64,000 bases of DNA. Origin: the human T2T-CHM13v2.0 reference genome, Homo sapiens. Location: the NCBI RefSeq assembly GCF_009914755.1, contig NC_060928.1; one strand, given 5' to 3'. A program made the position numbers and the translations under genes. Under the pieces are notes generated by a model. It was not told the origin of the DNA, ran no database searches, and saw only the letters and a list, made by a program, of their open reading frames with translations. Below are positions 31,067 to 43,700 of this stretch, piece by piece. The first letter of the stretch is position 1, and every line of letters begins with the position of its first letter.

Positions 31067-34000
31067 AATTAGTTTTATTTAAAATTTGGATTTATTTTTA
31101 TGACTGAAGTTGATTACAGTTATCTTAAGGGGAGAATCCTTGTCCTAAGTTTCATATTACTCCTAACTGCTCCCCCAGACGGACTCACCTATCACAGTGT
31201 AATCATCAAAGAAGGCATTCAATAAATTTGTTGGCTGATTGACTCACTGAAATCAAAGAAAATTTCTCTGTACCTTCTTTATTTCTGGGTATCATTGTTT
31301 ATATGCTTCCAAAAGTAAAAAAGAATAAATTTGATACATTGATGTAGCCATATATCTATTAAAATGCACATTGCTTGAATTTTGAGTTGGAATATATGTT
31401 CCTGGAGGTAAACATTTTGGTTGGTGCCAGTTCATTCATTCAACAGTATTTCTTGAATGTATAATATGTGTTAGGTATTTTGCTAGGCCCTGGGACTGAA
31501 CAGACTAAAATTCATGCCTTCATAGAGCTTACATTCCAAAGAAGAGAACAGAAAATACGTGAAATAAATAAGACACAGAGTTGGTCAAATTGTGATAAGT
31601 GCTTGGGGAAAAAACAAATCCGAAAATAAGTTTAGGGAGTGTTGAGGGTGCAGGGGGAGTGCCAGTTGCAATTTAAAATAGGGTGGTCAGTATTTTCCGT
31701 ATGTGACATAGAAAAAAAGTTGATACGTATATCTAAATATAATACAATCAAGATCAGCTTGAATCAGTTTGCCTCAGAAAATATGACTTTGAATATTTTT
31801 CTCATGATTTAATTTTAGTTGGCTTTTAACAAAGACTTCAAAATGGCAGCTCAGGTTCATTTTTAGTTCAATGAAGAATAGTTCTCATACATATGCAGCC
31901 TGGATTTAATTCTATTTCTTGGGTTGGATTATTACCAAGATCTTAACAAGGAAAATGAAGAAATATGGATGCCTCAGGAATTGACTAACCACTTATATCC
32001 TGCATTAAACATGCTTCTCTGCATCCAGAAGCTGACTAGTACCAGATTAAGAACTAGAAAGGATTTCTTGGCAAAGGACTCTTTCTTGCAAAAATAATTC
32101 CAAGACTTGGGCCGAGCTCAAATTTTAGGATTTATGTGGAAATTCAAGACTTATCTTTTTGTATTAGCATGTGAACAATTTGAACAAGTAATACAAACTC
32201 CCTGAGGTATGGTCTCAAAAGGTCTAGAGTTTAAGAAGAATACTTTTTATCTCCTATACTCTGCATTGTCCCTTATCAAAGTAAAGCATTCATTTCACAG
32301 TGTTATTCAGTAATACCTATATTAATGAAAGACACATTTAAACATCACAACTTGTAAATAATTTTGTAATTAAAATAATATAGATGACATGGGAATGCAT
32401 TCTAGGAAAGACAATAGGGGTAGGGTATAAAGATATTATTCAGCTCAAATGATACTAGTATGAGGTTACCCCATGTCTAAAAGCCATTTGTTTTAAAGTG
32501 TAGTTCACTAATCATTCTGTTGGCTGATGTCTGATCATTTCTAAGTTTTGATTAGGGATGGAGAGAGGACACTGGAGACCTGTAGATGGTGTCAAAGGTG
32601 AGAGATGTATTGACACATGAAAAAAGAGAAGAAAATGGGAAAAATGAGAATGCCAAGGCAAACTTATTTCACAATTTTGCTTAGGGCCTGTGCTATTAAC
32701 AGTCAGCTGTAATGGACAGGCAGAAGCTGTGGGGAGAAATTTTTGTGTATGTGTGGATGCATAATTTCAGATGAATGACAACAACCTAATAATGCTTCGC
32801 ATAATTTATCAAGAAATTTTACTTGCTTTTTCTTCCCCCCAGCACTGCTGACTGTGTAGAAAGATGTTCAGTCCTAGATAATTCTATGAGGGATTACATC
32901 ACCAGACTACATAAATAGATACCATAAAGCTATATATAAGTAAAAATAGATTAAGTAAATTTCCTTTTCTTAAAACACAGAGAAATTGCTTACCTGATAT
33001 ACATTAGTGTGAAACCTATTTTTGGATACTTCCTGTACCAATTCCAACAGATTTTCAATTAAATTTTGCAGCAAACAATTTGCATTCATTTCTCCAGGAA
33101 GCTCAGATACGGGGTAATGGGGAGGTATGCTGTGTCGGAAGTAAAGTTGCTATCTTACAGACTACAAAAACAAGGAGGCAAGCATTTGAAGAGTAAATTG
33201 GATTCATGGAAACAATGGACTCCATCACTTAAGGATTGTCTATTGATCTGGAGCACAAGACGCACGTCACCCCATTTGACACCATAAAGCTTGTAATACA
33301 TATCTTAATGTATTGACAAATCCATTTGCTAAACCGCAAAGTATCAAAAGAACATTTTGAAATGCTTCTTAATATATTATGCTGCTAAGTTTCTCCTAAG
33401 TCAAAATATTAAAAGCAAAATCCCTAATTTAAAATTAGTAAAGCAACTTAAACTAAGTCTTTAGGATAGAAAATGCGACTTTTTAGAAGGCCTTTATCTT
33501 CTTTAGTACCTAATTTTGAATGAGTGAATCTTTTCATACTTGCCATCTTTGCACTGGAAGGAATTACAAATATAGCATCTAATGGTTTTGTATTCTTCAG
33601 CGAAGTTAAGTCTTTTCTTTATAGGAGCAATTCTTAGCTCCCGGATACTTGCCATGAGATGTGTTTGTGCCTGCCATGTCATGTCATTAGTTCTATTGCA
33701 ACATCTGATTTCAGCTCAATCTAAGGGATTTTTGCCACTAGCCACTGTCACGGACTTGTTCATCTGAGTGGTTCCATTTTCTTTACAAGTGATACATTCC
33801 ATTTACTTACATTAGCTTTAGATTATGGTTACTAACATGCTTAAGGAATTGTTCTATCTTAACAGCATAGGAGGCAGATGGACTTTTGTAAGATCTCATT
33901 CCTCTGCCAAGGGTGTGAAGGGCTCAGCTAAAGAATGATGAAAACGTGGGTGGAGGTAATAACCTACGCAAGGGGAGGTCAACACCGTTGCATGTTCAGT

Positions 34001-35599
34001 CAGACCTTATGTCAAGGGAAATGAAAAAGAGAAGAGCTTGGTGGTCTTAGGTAGCCGCTCCTAATCCTTAGTGTCCTTCACTTGAGAAGATAGTGAAACT
34101 GAGAGTCAAAGGAAGAAGTGTTAAAAAGTTTCTTCCCCACTGTAATGTTGGATTTGGGCTCAGCCTGTCAAGCATTTTTGTTTACTTTCTCTTGTGAGCA
34201 GAGAGACAGGTTAAGGGTGGAGGCTGTATCTGGCTGAGGACCAGTTTTGGTGTGACATTTAACTCCAAGTAAGGCTGAATTGTATGTGGGTAATGTACTC
34301 TTTCCCAGTATACTTGTGAAGCCTACAAATGGGGGTGGTTGTGAAAAAAGAAAGGTTTGGGTTGACATTTAGCATGCTAGATGAGTCGAACCCCTTAAGC
34401 AAAGAATTATGATAGACAAAACTAACCCAGAGGAGGATGTGAGAGGGGCTATGGTTTGAAGTTATGTGCCTAGCTGTCAGACGGACACATCGTAATTTTT
34501 TAGTATTTATTTGTACACATAACACTATTTTGGGTGGGAAGATACAAAAGCAATAGAAAAAGTCCACCTCCCACCCCCCGCCTCAAAAGAGTTCCTGAAA
34601 TGGCTGATGAGTCAGCCCTACTCACTGAGTTTGCATGCAGAAGGAAGTCAGGCCAAAGGTTTGGTAAAACCTAAGTCAGTATCTCCTGGCTCTAGGACTT
34701 AACCCAGTTCCTAGCAGAGTAAGGTATAACTGATGGCCACAGAAGTGTACAGAAATAATAGCAGCAACTAACATTTATTAAGTGCTTCCATTATACATTT
34801 ATGTGCTATATACTTTACATCAATTATTTCACTTAATTCTTAAAACAACCTTGTAAAGTAGGAAGTTTTATTATGGCTCTGAACAGAACCATCATACAGA
34901 GAAGTTAGCTCATGCTGAAGTGTACTAAGGGTTTTTTGTTTGTTTGTTTGTTTGTTTTCTGGAACCCTTCACTAGGCTGCCAAGACACCTGCCTTGGATC
35001 TCCTTCTACTTCCCTGGTTGTTCCTTTACCATCGCCTTTGCTGAGTCCTCCTCCTCTTCTTTTTTAATGTTGGAGTGCCCCAGGGCTTACTTCTTGGTCT
35101 ACTTCTTTTCTCTAGCTACATAATCTAGTTGATCTCAATACCCATCTGTATACTAACAACTTCCAAATTTATATCTACCCCAGATACATATATCTAATTG
35201 TCTACACCTATCTTCACATGGATGTTTAACAGACATCTCAAACTTACCATATCTAAATCAGAGTTTACAAATACAATCTCCACCCCGCCCTCCAATATTT
35301 GTTCTTTCTCAATATCCCCAATCCCAGTAAAGGGCAACTCAATTCTCCCCAGAGATCAGAACAAAACCCTTAGGATCATCTTTCTTTTATATGCTAATCT
35401 GTCAGCAGTTCCTGAGTACTTTACCTTCTAAACAGATTCAGAACCTGTTCACTTTTCTCAGTCACTCGGACTCTAATCCAAGCCATCCTTACCTTTCATC
35501 CCAGCTAGGCTAATCTCTTTGCTTGCTCTCTTGCCTCGCTATGCATGTTGCCCATACAGCAATCAGTCATCTTTTTTTTTAAAAAAAACTTTGTATTAT

Positions 35600-36324
<725 letters not shown>

Positions 36325-36539
36325 TCTGTCCTTCTTTTTGTGGGATATTTTCAAACAAATCCCAGAAAAGTCATCCTTTTAATGATCAGATCAAGCTACT
36401 CACCACTTTCTAATTGCTTCTAATCTCAGTAAAAGCCAAGTCCTTTATCACGGCCTGCAAGGCCTGGGTGATCTGTGATTACTCCTCGCCACACCCATTC
36501 CTGCCGCCGTCCTCCTGACCTCACTCTGCTTCATTAGAG

Positions 36540-36720
36540 GGTCTCCCACCCTCGCGGCCCCAGCAAGCATCATCTGGAAAGCTTGTTAAAGCACACGCTG
36601 CTGGGCCCCACCCCCAGAGTTTCTGGTTCAGTAGGGCTAAAGTGGGACTGGAAAATTCGCATCTCTAACAAGTTCGCAGGTGCTACTGCTTCCAGCGGGC
36701 ATACTTGGAGAACCACCAGC
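36540..36720. mobile_element. MER5A hAT MITE
   Basis: GCTGGGCCCCACCCCCAGAGTTTCTGGTTCAGTAGG..GCATCTCTAACAAGTTC..GAGAACCAC hallmark. Confidence 0.8.
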
Positions 36721-37449
36721 TGCACTGTTCTCCTTCCCGTTCCTCAACAAGGCAGGCAGGATCTTGCTTAGCAGTCTCCACGCTGCTCTTCCCTCTGCCC
36801 TAGGCATTCTTTGCATTACTCAAAGCCCCTGTTATTCCATCTCTTTAACTCATGCCTTTTGAGAGGCCTTCTCTGACCACTCTTTCTAAAATCTCTTTCC
36901 CTCTCCTCATCCTCATTTATGTTTCTTCATGGTAAGCATCACTTACTGTTTCCGTCACCCCGTCTAGATGGACAGCTCCACAAGCAGAAAGACTTGGTTT
37001 TGCTGTCACAGCCGCAGCACTAAAACCTTGCTTAGCAGGTGCTCACTTCACTTGTCCAAGGAATGGCTAGCATACTGAGGAGGGAGAGCCTGCTTCCTGC
37101 CTGGGACACTGGACAGGCAAATCACTTCTTCTTGCCTCAGTGCCACCCTTTGTAAGGACACTGGTTGGTTATGCCTACCCTTCCCATCTCCCTGGGTACA
37201 GGCACAAATGAAAAGAATAACGTGTACACGCCCGCGAAGCAGAGCAGCAAGTGGATACCGAGCATTATTACGCCGTGCGTTCGGCCGCCCTTTTTCTGCA
37301 CGGAGAACCCCCTCCGCTCCCATTTTCCAGCGCCCCCGTCCCGGCGATCCAGAGACCCGCTGTGGGCGGCCGCCGCCCGCGTCCCGGCCTGCGGGCCAGC
37401 GTCTGGGCACGCCCGCCCCGCACCCGGCTGGCGCCCGCCCGCCCGCCTC

Positions 37450-37491
37450 CAGAAGCAGAAGCGGCAGCGGCAGCGGCAGCAGCAGCAGCAG
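37450..37491 (+). repeat. Compound trinucleotide tract (CAG AAG)2(CGG CAG)3(CAG)4
   Basis: Read directly from the sequence. Confidence 0.9.
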
Positions 37492-37584
37492 GAGGAAGGG
37501 GAGGCGCCGAGGGAGGGGTACTCGGCCGCCGCGGGAGGCCGCATCGCAGTCCCGTCACAGCGTCGGCGCCGGCCGGGGCCGAAC

Positions 37585-37593
37585 CCGGAAGTG
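37585..37593 (+). promoter_or_regulatory. ETS/GABPA-ELK consensus site CCGGAAGTG
   Basis: Exact consensus in the island core, ~270 nt upstream of the ATG, a typical position near housekeeping TSSs. Confidence 0.65.
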
Positions 37594-37863
37594 GCCGAGC
37601 CCGCGCGCCCGCCGGTCCCGTCGCCGCCGCCCCGCACTCGGGCGAGCGCGGGAGCCGCGCAGTAGACGGAGCGCGCCCGGCCGAGCGGGCCATGGCCGCG
37701 GGGGCCGCCGCCGCAGGTGGTGGCGCGCGGTGAGGAGAGCGCGGCGCCCCCTCCGGGGCGGATGGAACGCGGCTCGGCGGGCGGGCAGTGCCGGCGTCCG
37801 CGGCTGGAATGGTGCTGGCTGTGTTGGTCGGTGCCTGCGTTCTGAAGCCCGAGAGGAGCCACA

Positions 37864-37889
37864 ATGGAGACGCCGCCGCTGCCTCCCGC
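37864..37889 (+). CDS. KLHL2: KLHL2 coding exon 1 (METPPLPP + 2 nt of Ala codon)
   Basis: ATG at 37864 in strong Kozak context (ACAATGG) inside the CpG island; donor GC|GTGAGT at 37890; phase 2 joins exon 2 to give METPPLPPACTKQGHQK, the KLHL2 N-terminus as I recall it. Confidence 0.95.
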
Positions 37890-40129
37890 GTGAGTGAGCG
37901 GGCGGGCGGGCTGCGCCGCTGCGGATAAGCGCGCCGCTGCGGCGCGTGTCGCCGGCCGCGGGCGCAGCTCTGGGGACAGCCGCCGGGGCCGGCGGGAGGT
38001 GGGAGATGCGGGGCGTGACGAGGCGCTGTGCCCGCAGTCCTGAGCGGACGCGGACGGAAACTCAGCCTGGCCAGGCGGTGACTTAAAACGCTGCCCAGGA
38101 TTTCTGGGGAAGGGTCTTCCCCATCTCGGGCGGATAGAAGATTCGGGGTGGGGCTGTGCATGGGTGACCCTGCAGGTCCTGTGTGTACCTCCCTGAAATG
38201 CATGGGCACCTGGTGCCGAGTTTGCCTACCCCTTTATAAGAGATCAGGCTAGGATGCACTGAGTCCGTTGAAAAAAGGAAACTGGAAAGTACCAGTCACC
38301 CGCTGTCTAAATGAATTGATCTTAGGTTGCTTGATTCCCCGAATTTCTAACAAAATTAATATCTGAGGAGCTTTTGCATCACTCTAAATGAGCGGCGGCC
38401 GTTCAGGGCATGTGACCTCTTTTACCTGGCACTGCAGAACGTTTTATCCAGAAATCAGCATCTTCTGTTTCGTTCGTACCTCGGGCAAATTAGTAGCGTA
38501 TCGACCTGCCAGGCACAGGTGTCTTTTTTCTTTGGTACCCAAGTACATTCAAGATCACTGGCAACAGAATTACTTTCTAGAAATAATAGCTGAAACATTA
38601 TGTAGAAGACATTATTGCATTATTCAGAACAAGGGTTTTTTTTTTAAATTTTAGTTTTTAGTTTTAAAAACATCTTGGTAAAAGTGAACTGTAAATACCC
38701 AGGAGTTTCGAAAATTTCAATTTTGGTTCCCTCTTCTCTTAGGAAGGAACAAGAGTCCTTTGAATCTGACTTTTCAAATCGCAGACAAACCTCATCCTGA
38801 AGAATGGTTTACCTTTTCATGAGAGCTTATTCATGGAGGCTTGTCGTTCTCCGGTCAAATTTGGCAAGCTTCACTCCATGCCGATTGTACCGCACCAGTC
38901 TCTTGTGGTTATTTGGCAGAATTCCAGCCAAAATAAGGATACTTGGCTTGGGTTGAATAATTTTTTGATGTTCAGCCCTTTTAGGAGAGCTAATGGGATT
39001 CTGGAACGACAGTTTCTAAAAGTGCGTTTCAGAATTTTTAGCTTGAGTGGAACAGGTCGTGGAAATCTAGGGGGTAGATAAGACTCTTGAATTGGCCTTC
39101 CTGGGCTGACAGAAGCAGGGGCTTAGTCACCTCTCGATAGCTGTGGCTTTGAGGGCTCTGAGATTTGGTCATGTTCTTCAGCAGGCTGGAGGAAGGCACC
39201 TGAACCCCTAGGAAATATGATGGTGGATGGTTCACATCAGCAGCATGAGCACACGGGGGTCTGCCCAGGCTCAGAAGCACTTAAAGCAGGATATGCTAGC
39301 TGTATTTAGCCAACATATGGTATATAATATGTAACATGTAGGTATGCTATCTGTAGTAAACCTGCCTTCTACATAAGTTCCTGCAGTTCGTTTTTACTTT
39401 TGGAACAGAGGGAGCTAAAGGAAAGAACAAGGGAATACTTAGAATGCAGGTGAAAAGAAGGGTGTGGGAAAGCAGCCTCTGGAGGGAGGGAGGGAATAGA
39501 GACACAGATGATTTAAATTGAAATAATAAAAAATAGAATTGATGTATGCATTGAAACATTGATAAACTGACTCTAGGGTAGATCAGCTAATCATAATTTT
39601 GATGACCAGCGCCATTTTTGGCATTGAGATTCCATCAATAGTGCTGGAACAATGAGAGGCTGAGATATAATGGAAAACTTGGAATGCCAGCATGGATGAA
39701 AGAATTGTTAAAACTCCTTTCAATCAGGGGTGGCTAAAGTTGGTGAGACTTTTTCATTGTTTCTGTCTATTTAATTATAAATACAAGTAGGTTTTTATTT
39801 TCATTTGGTTCTGTCCAGGATTAAACCTAATTCAAGAACTCGTTATGGTGTTATTTGCCATTCTGTGGATCAGAAATAGTTTTTTTCCTTGCCACCCCTT
39901 GGCCTGTTTGCCTCCACTCCCATTAACATCCCTCCACCATGGATCCCGTGTGCCGGATTTGAGACTTGCAGGCAGTGTCTTTAGGAAGGAACTTTACCGG
40001 GCCTCACTGCCAGAGCTGGGCTAGAACAGAGGCCAGTGGAAACTATTAGGAAGACTCAGCTTTTCATGAAGTTAGATTTTTAGCCTGAGCTTTAAGTCAA
40101 AGAAAGATGACCTGGACTTAAAGTGCCTT

Positions 40130-40167
40130 ATGGTATGGTTGGAAGCACGGCCCCAGATTCTCTTTGT
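40130..40167 (+). CDS. KLHL2: KLHL2 alternative first coding exon (MVWLEARPQILF + 2 nt of Val codon)
   Basis: ATG GTA TGG TTG GAA GCA CGG CCC CAG ATT CTC TTT GT followed by consensus donor GTAAGT at 40168; phase 2, in frame with exon 2; matches my recollection of an alternative KLHL2 isoform N-terminus. Confidence 0.82.
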
Positions 40168-40614
40168 GTAAGTGTCTGTTTATTAATTCATTCAATGTGC
40201 AAATATTTGAATGCCTGTCTCTGCCTGGCACTGTGCGTGGTGCTTTTGCTTGTGTTCTCTTTTAACATCCAAATTTACATTGTTCTCAGATCCCACCTTG
40301 TTCTCCACTGGCCTGTTGGCACATTGTCTTGGAGGGAGGTCAGGCATCTGTACCCACCATTCCTGGTTCCTTCAGGATGGACTCCTTGAAATTAGCTTTT
40401 GATCTTTTGTGCTTTTTCTATTCCTTGCCTCCAACTTTCATCCTTTTTAATTCTCATATAATTAAAAATTGTCGTTGGACTATATATTTGTGCTTATTGT
40501 TTTTTGCATACTTGAGTATATGTGGCATTTAGATTCTGTTGCATTCTGGGTCTGGGTGATATTGAGACTGTGTTACATTTGCTTCTGATCAAACCTGAAA
40601 GATGTGTAACTAAA

Positions 40615-40708
40615 AGATGTAGCTTAGTAAAGGAATTTCAGGTAGTAAATTGAGAGATGTAGTTTAGATGTAGATTAGTAAAGGAATTTCAGATGGTAAA
40701 CTGAGATG
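40615..40708. repeat. Imperfect tandem duplication, period 51 bp
   Basis: AGATGTAG(C/A)TTAGTAAAGGAATTTCAG..GTAAA(T/C)TGAGA occurs at 40615 and 40666. Confidence 0.85.
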
Positions 40709-43700
40709 TGCAAAAGGAAATGTAAATTGACCAGCCCTGACCTCAGGAATGTATTTTACAGTCTGGCTTTTATAGTTATTTGTATAAAGGATTTTCATAA
40801 TAAGTTGAAGGAAGACTGTGAGGTATAGGCCTGAGTGCATCCCTCTGATCTTCTCTTACTGATCAGTCTTCTTGGCACTTGTTTTTTTACTGGCTCCATT
40901 TTCACAAGTCGGCTTACTCTCTGTAAGCCTTGATTTTTTTGCTTTTCCTTCACAAAACTAAGCAAACATCCCTCAGATAGAACCATATCTTTTTTCAGTT
41001 GATGGTTCCACATTACTAGAGACTTGTCGTCAGAGGTGGTCATGCATAGGCAGAAAAACAACTTGTTGACCATGTTCTAAGGCATTTAGGCAGCAGAAAA
41101 TTGGTTGGATTAGAGCAGAGGTTCTCACATTTTTGAATTTAACTGACCTGTAAAATTAAAAAAAGAAAAAAACAATTGAAGTCTAACAATTGCTAAGTTT
41201 TTTGTTTTGCTAAGTAAAAGAATTATTTATGAAACAACAATGATCAACTATCACCATCTTTTTATGAAAGAAAAAAACATTTTAGTATCCTTCCTCAAAT
41301 ATAAGGAAGAATATAATCTGACTAAAGGATTGTCTTTAAATTTAAAAAACTTAGCCTTATGAAAACTTATTACATTGTCCTCATTTTGACATAGATCAGT
41401 AAAAAGTTCACTGAAGCCTGACATTTGCAGTCCGCTGGACCGGATGACCTTTAATGTTCTTTCTAAGATTCAATTGCTGTGAATTTGGAACCTTGCTACA
41501 GGATACCCAGTATTCATTTGTTTGTCTGTTATAGTGCATTGGAGTGTATTCTTATTTTTGTTTAACTAAATGTACATTGGGCATCTCTCATATCACAGGT
41601 GAATCTCCCCAGTGATAGACAAAGACATTTAAAATATTTAGGAGTAATAATGGCCCACAAACAAGGTAATGGTGAAAGAAGACATGTGGATCAATGTGTG
41701 TTGAAGGAAGTGTTACATATAGAGACAACTTTGAGGTGCATTTGGGAACTTGAGAAGTGAATTCTGGAAATAGGTAGCATTTATGTAGTAGTTTAAAAAA
41801 TTTCTGATGCTGGGAAATCACTCCACCTACTCCCTGCAAAATGCCCCAAACCTTTTGTTTCTGATGTACATGGTAGGCATGCAGTAACTATTAGTAAATG
41901 TGCTTTTCTGAAGGTGACTGTAAGTTTACTCATCTATGGCTGTTACGGATTTACACTAGTAGTGCTTATGAAGACCACTGAACTTCTTTCTTAAGATCAG
42001 GCAGGTTTTTTCAAGGTGATCCAGAGAAGGAAATTCACTTTATGTTGCATTTCTGTAGTGTTCTACCAAATCCAAATGCATTTACTCTTTATGATGAGGT
42101 AGTTTGAGTTTTTAATTTATATTTATTGAGTGCCTACTATGGCCAGATTTTGGGGATATCTCAGAAAACAAAGTTCCTTTTCCTATGATTGAAACTAATA
42201 GCAAACAAATATGTAATATTGTTAGTAGTATTACAGTAAACAAAAATGAAGCAGGATAAAAGGGTAGAGAATAATAAGAATAATAGTTCAGATAGGGTCA
42301 GGGTGTCTTTGACGAGGTGATATTTTAGCACAATCCAGAGGGGGAATAGCATTCCAGGGAGAGAGAATAGCAAGCACAAAGGCATTCTTGAATTCTTCCC
42401 CTGATGAGATAATTGCTGCAGTGAGTGGGTCCGTAACTTTTTGTGTGTTACGCACTGTACTTTCTTACATTTCAGACTATTGGCATTTGCTAAAATATTC
42501 CTTTGACCAGTTCCATTCTCTGATTTTACCTTGAAAAACAAGCCCCTGCTTTTTATGATAGCTCTTTTTCTTGTTTTCCTACTCTGGTTTTTAGGTTGCT
42601 AAATGTGATTTGCATACTTTATCACTTAATCTCACTTAGTCTTGTCAACAACCTTATAGTGGTAGGTGTCTTATTTATCAGATGAAGAAGTAGAGTTTAA
42701 GTTACTCTCTCAAGCTTATCAAGTATTAGAAAAAGTGGGATTCTAATCTCTCTGTTGTATCACTTTTTTCTGTCTTGCATGACTTCTCTTCTATCACTGC
42801 TTGTGGGCAGTATTTCCTCACGGAAGTAGGCCTTGGCCAGTTCTTTTCAATCACCTGTTAATCATTGAGCTCTAGCTCCATCTATATCTTAAGTCGGGGC
42901 TCTAGGTCTGTGCTTTGGTGTGGAATTTTGAACTTCTCACATCTCTACTCTTAGCTCATGCCTCTAAACCCAATATATCCAAAACTGATGTTTGTTCACA
43001 AACTGACTTCATTTTATAACATTTCCACTTATTCAATGGGATAACCATTCTTCTGGTCCCTGATAACCAAAGCATTGGAATAGTCTTTGATTTCTCTCTC
43101 TTTCTTCATCCTCCACATCTTATCAGTCCCCAGGAACTGTGGTCTTGGTTTCAAGTGTCCATTCTGGTTGCTACTATTCTGATGAATGGATTTCATCACT
43201 TGATACCTGAACTTTTTCACTGGTCTTCTATTGAGCTCTGTGTATTCTCTCCTCATCCTTCAGTCCCCACACTGTTTTAACCCTCCAACATCTTAGAGTC
43301 ATGTGAAGTGACTTATCAAAACCAGAGACTCAGGCAGTCACAGCCTTTCATCATTTTATCTTATCCTATATATCCAAGATCATCATGTGCTTTTAAAACT
43401 CTCCCTTGTCCACAAGCCAGGATTCTCCAGCCTTTTCCTATGCTTCTCTTCTTCTCTCCCCTGTTACAACAACTTGAAGTTCCTCCAAGGCCCCATTGGA
43501 GCCCCATCTCCTTCACCAAGTCTTTCCTCTTTACTCCAACTCATTCCAGCTCATCGTTGCATTCCTATGGTGTTTGTCACTGCACCTATGTACTGACTTG
43601 TGCCATTCCTTAGTGGTTTCCCATGTACCTTCCTGTTTAGATGGTAAATGGAGGAAGATCTCAATTCAGCCTTCCTAATGTTTCTTACCCTTCTTAGTAC

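Larger units (their letters stand above)
37220..38120. promoter_or_regulatory. KLHL2: CpG island / KLHL2 promoter, 5' UTR and start of intron 1
   Basis: Very GC- and CpG-rich against an AT-rich, CpG-depleted background; several GC boxes (CCGCCC); no TATA box seen; contains exon 1. The exact TSS cannot be read from sequence. Confidence 0.93.

Noticed and set aside
37048-38209. Long overlapping ORFs on both strands (120-313 aa), one with a polyQ/polyA-like stretch
   Set aside because: Expected from stop-codon scarcity in a CpG island; low-complexity Ala/Arg/Pro/Gly composition, no recognisable domain.
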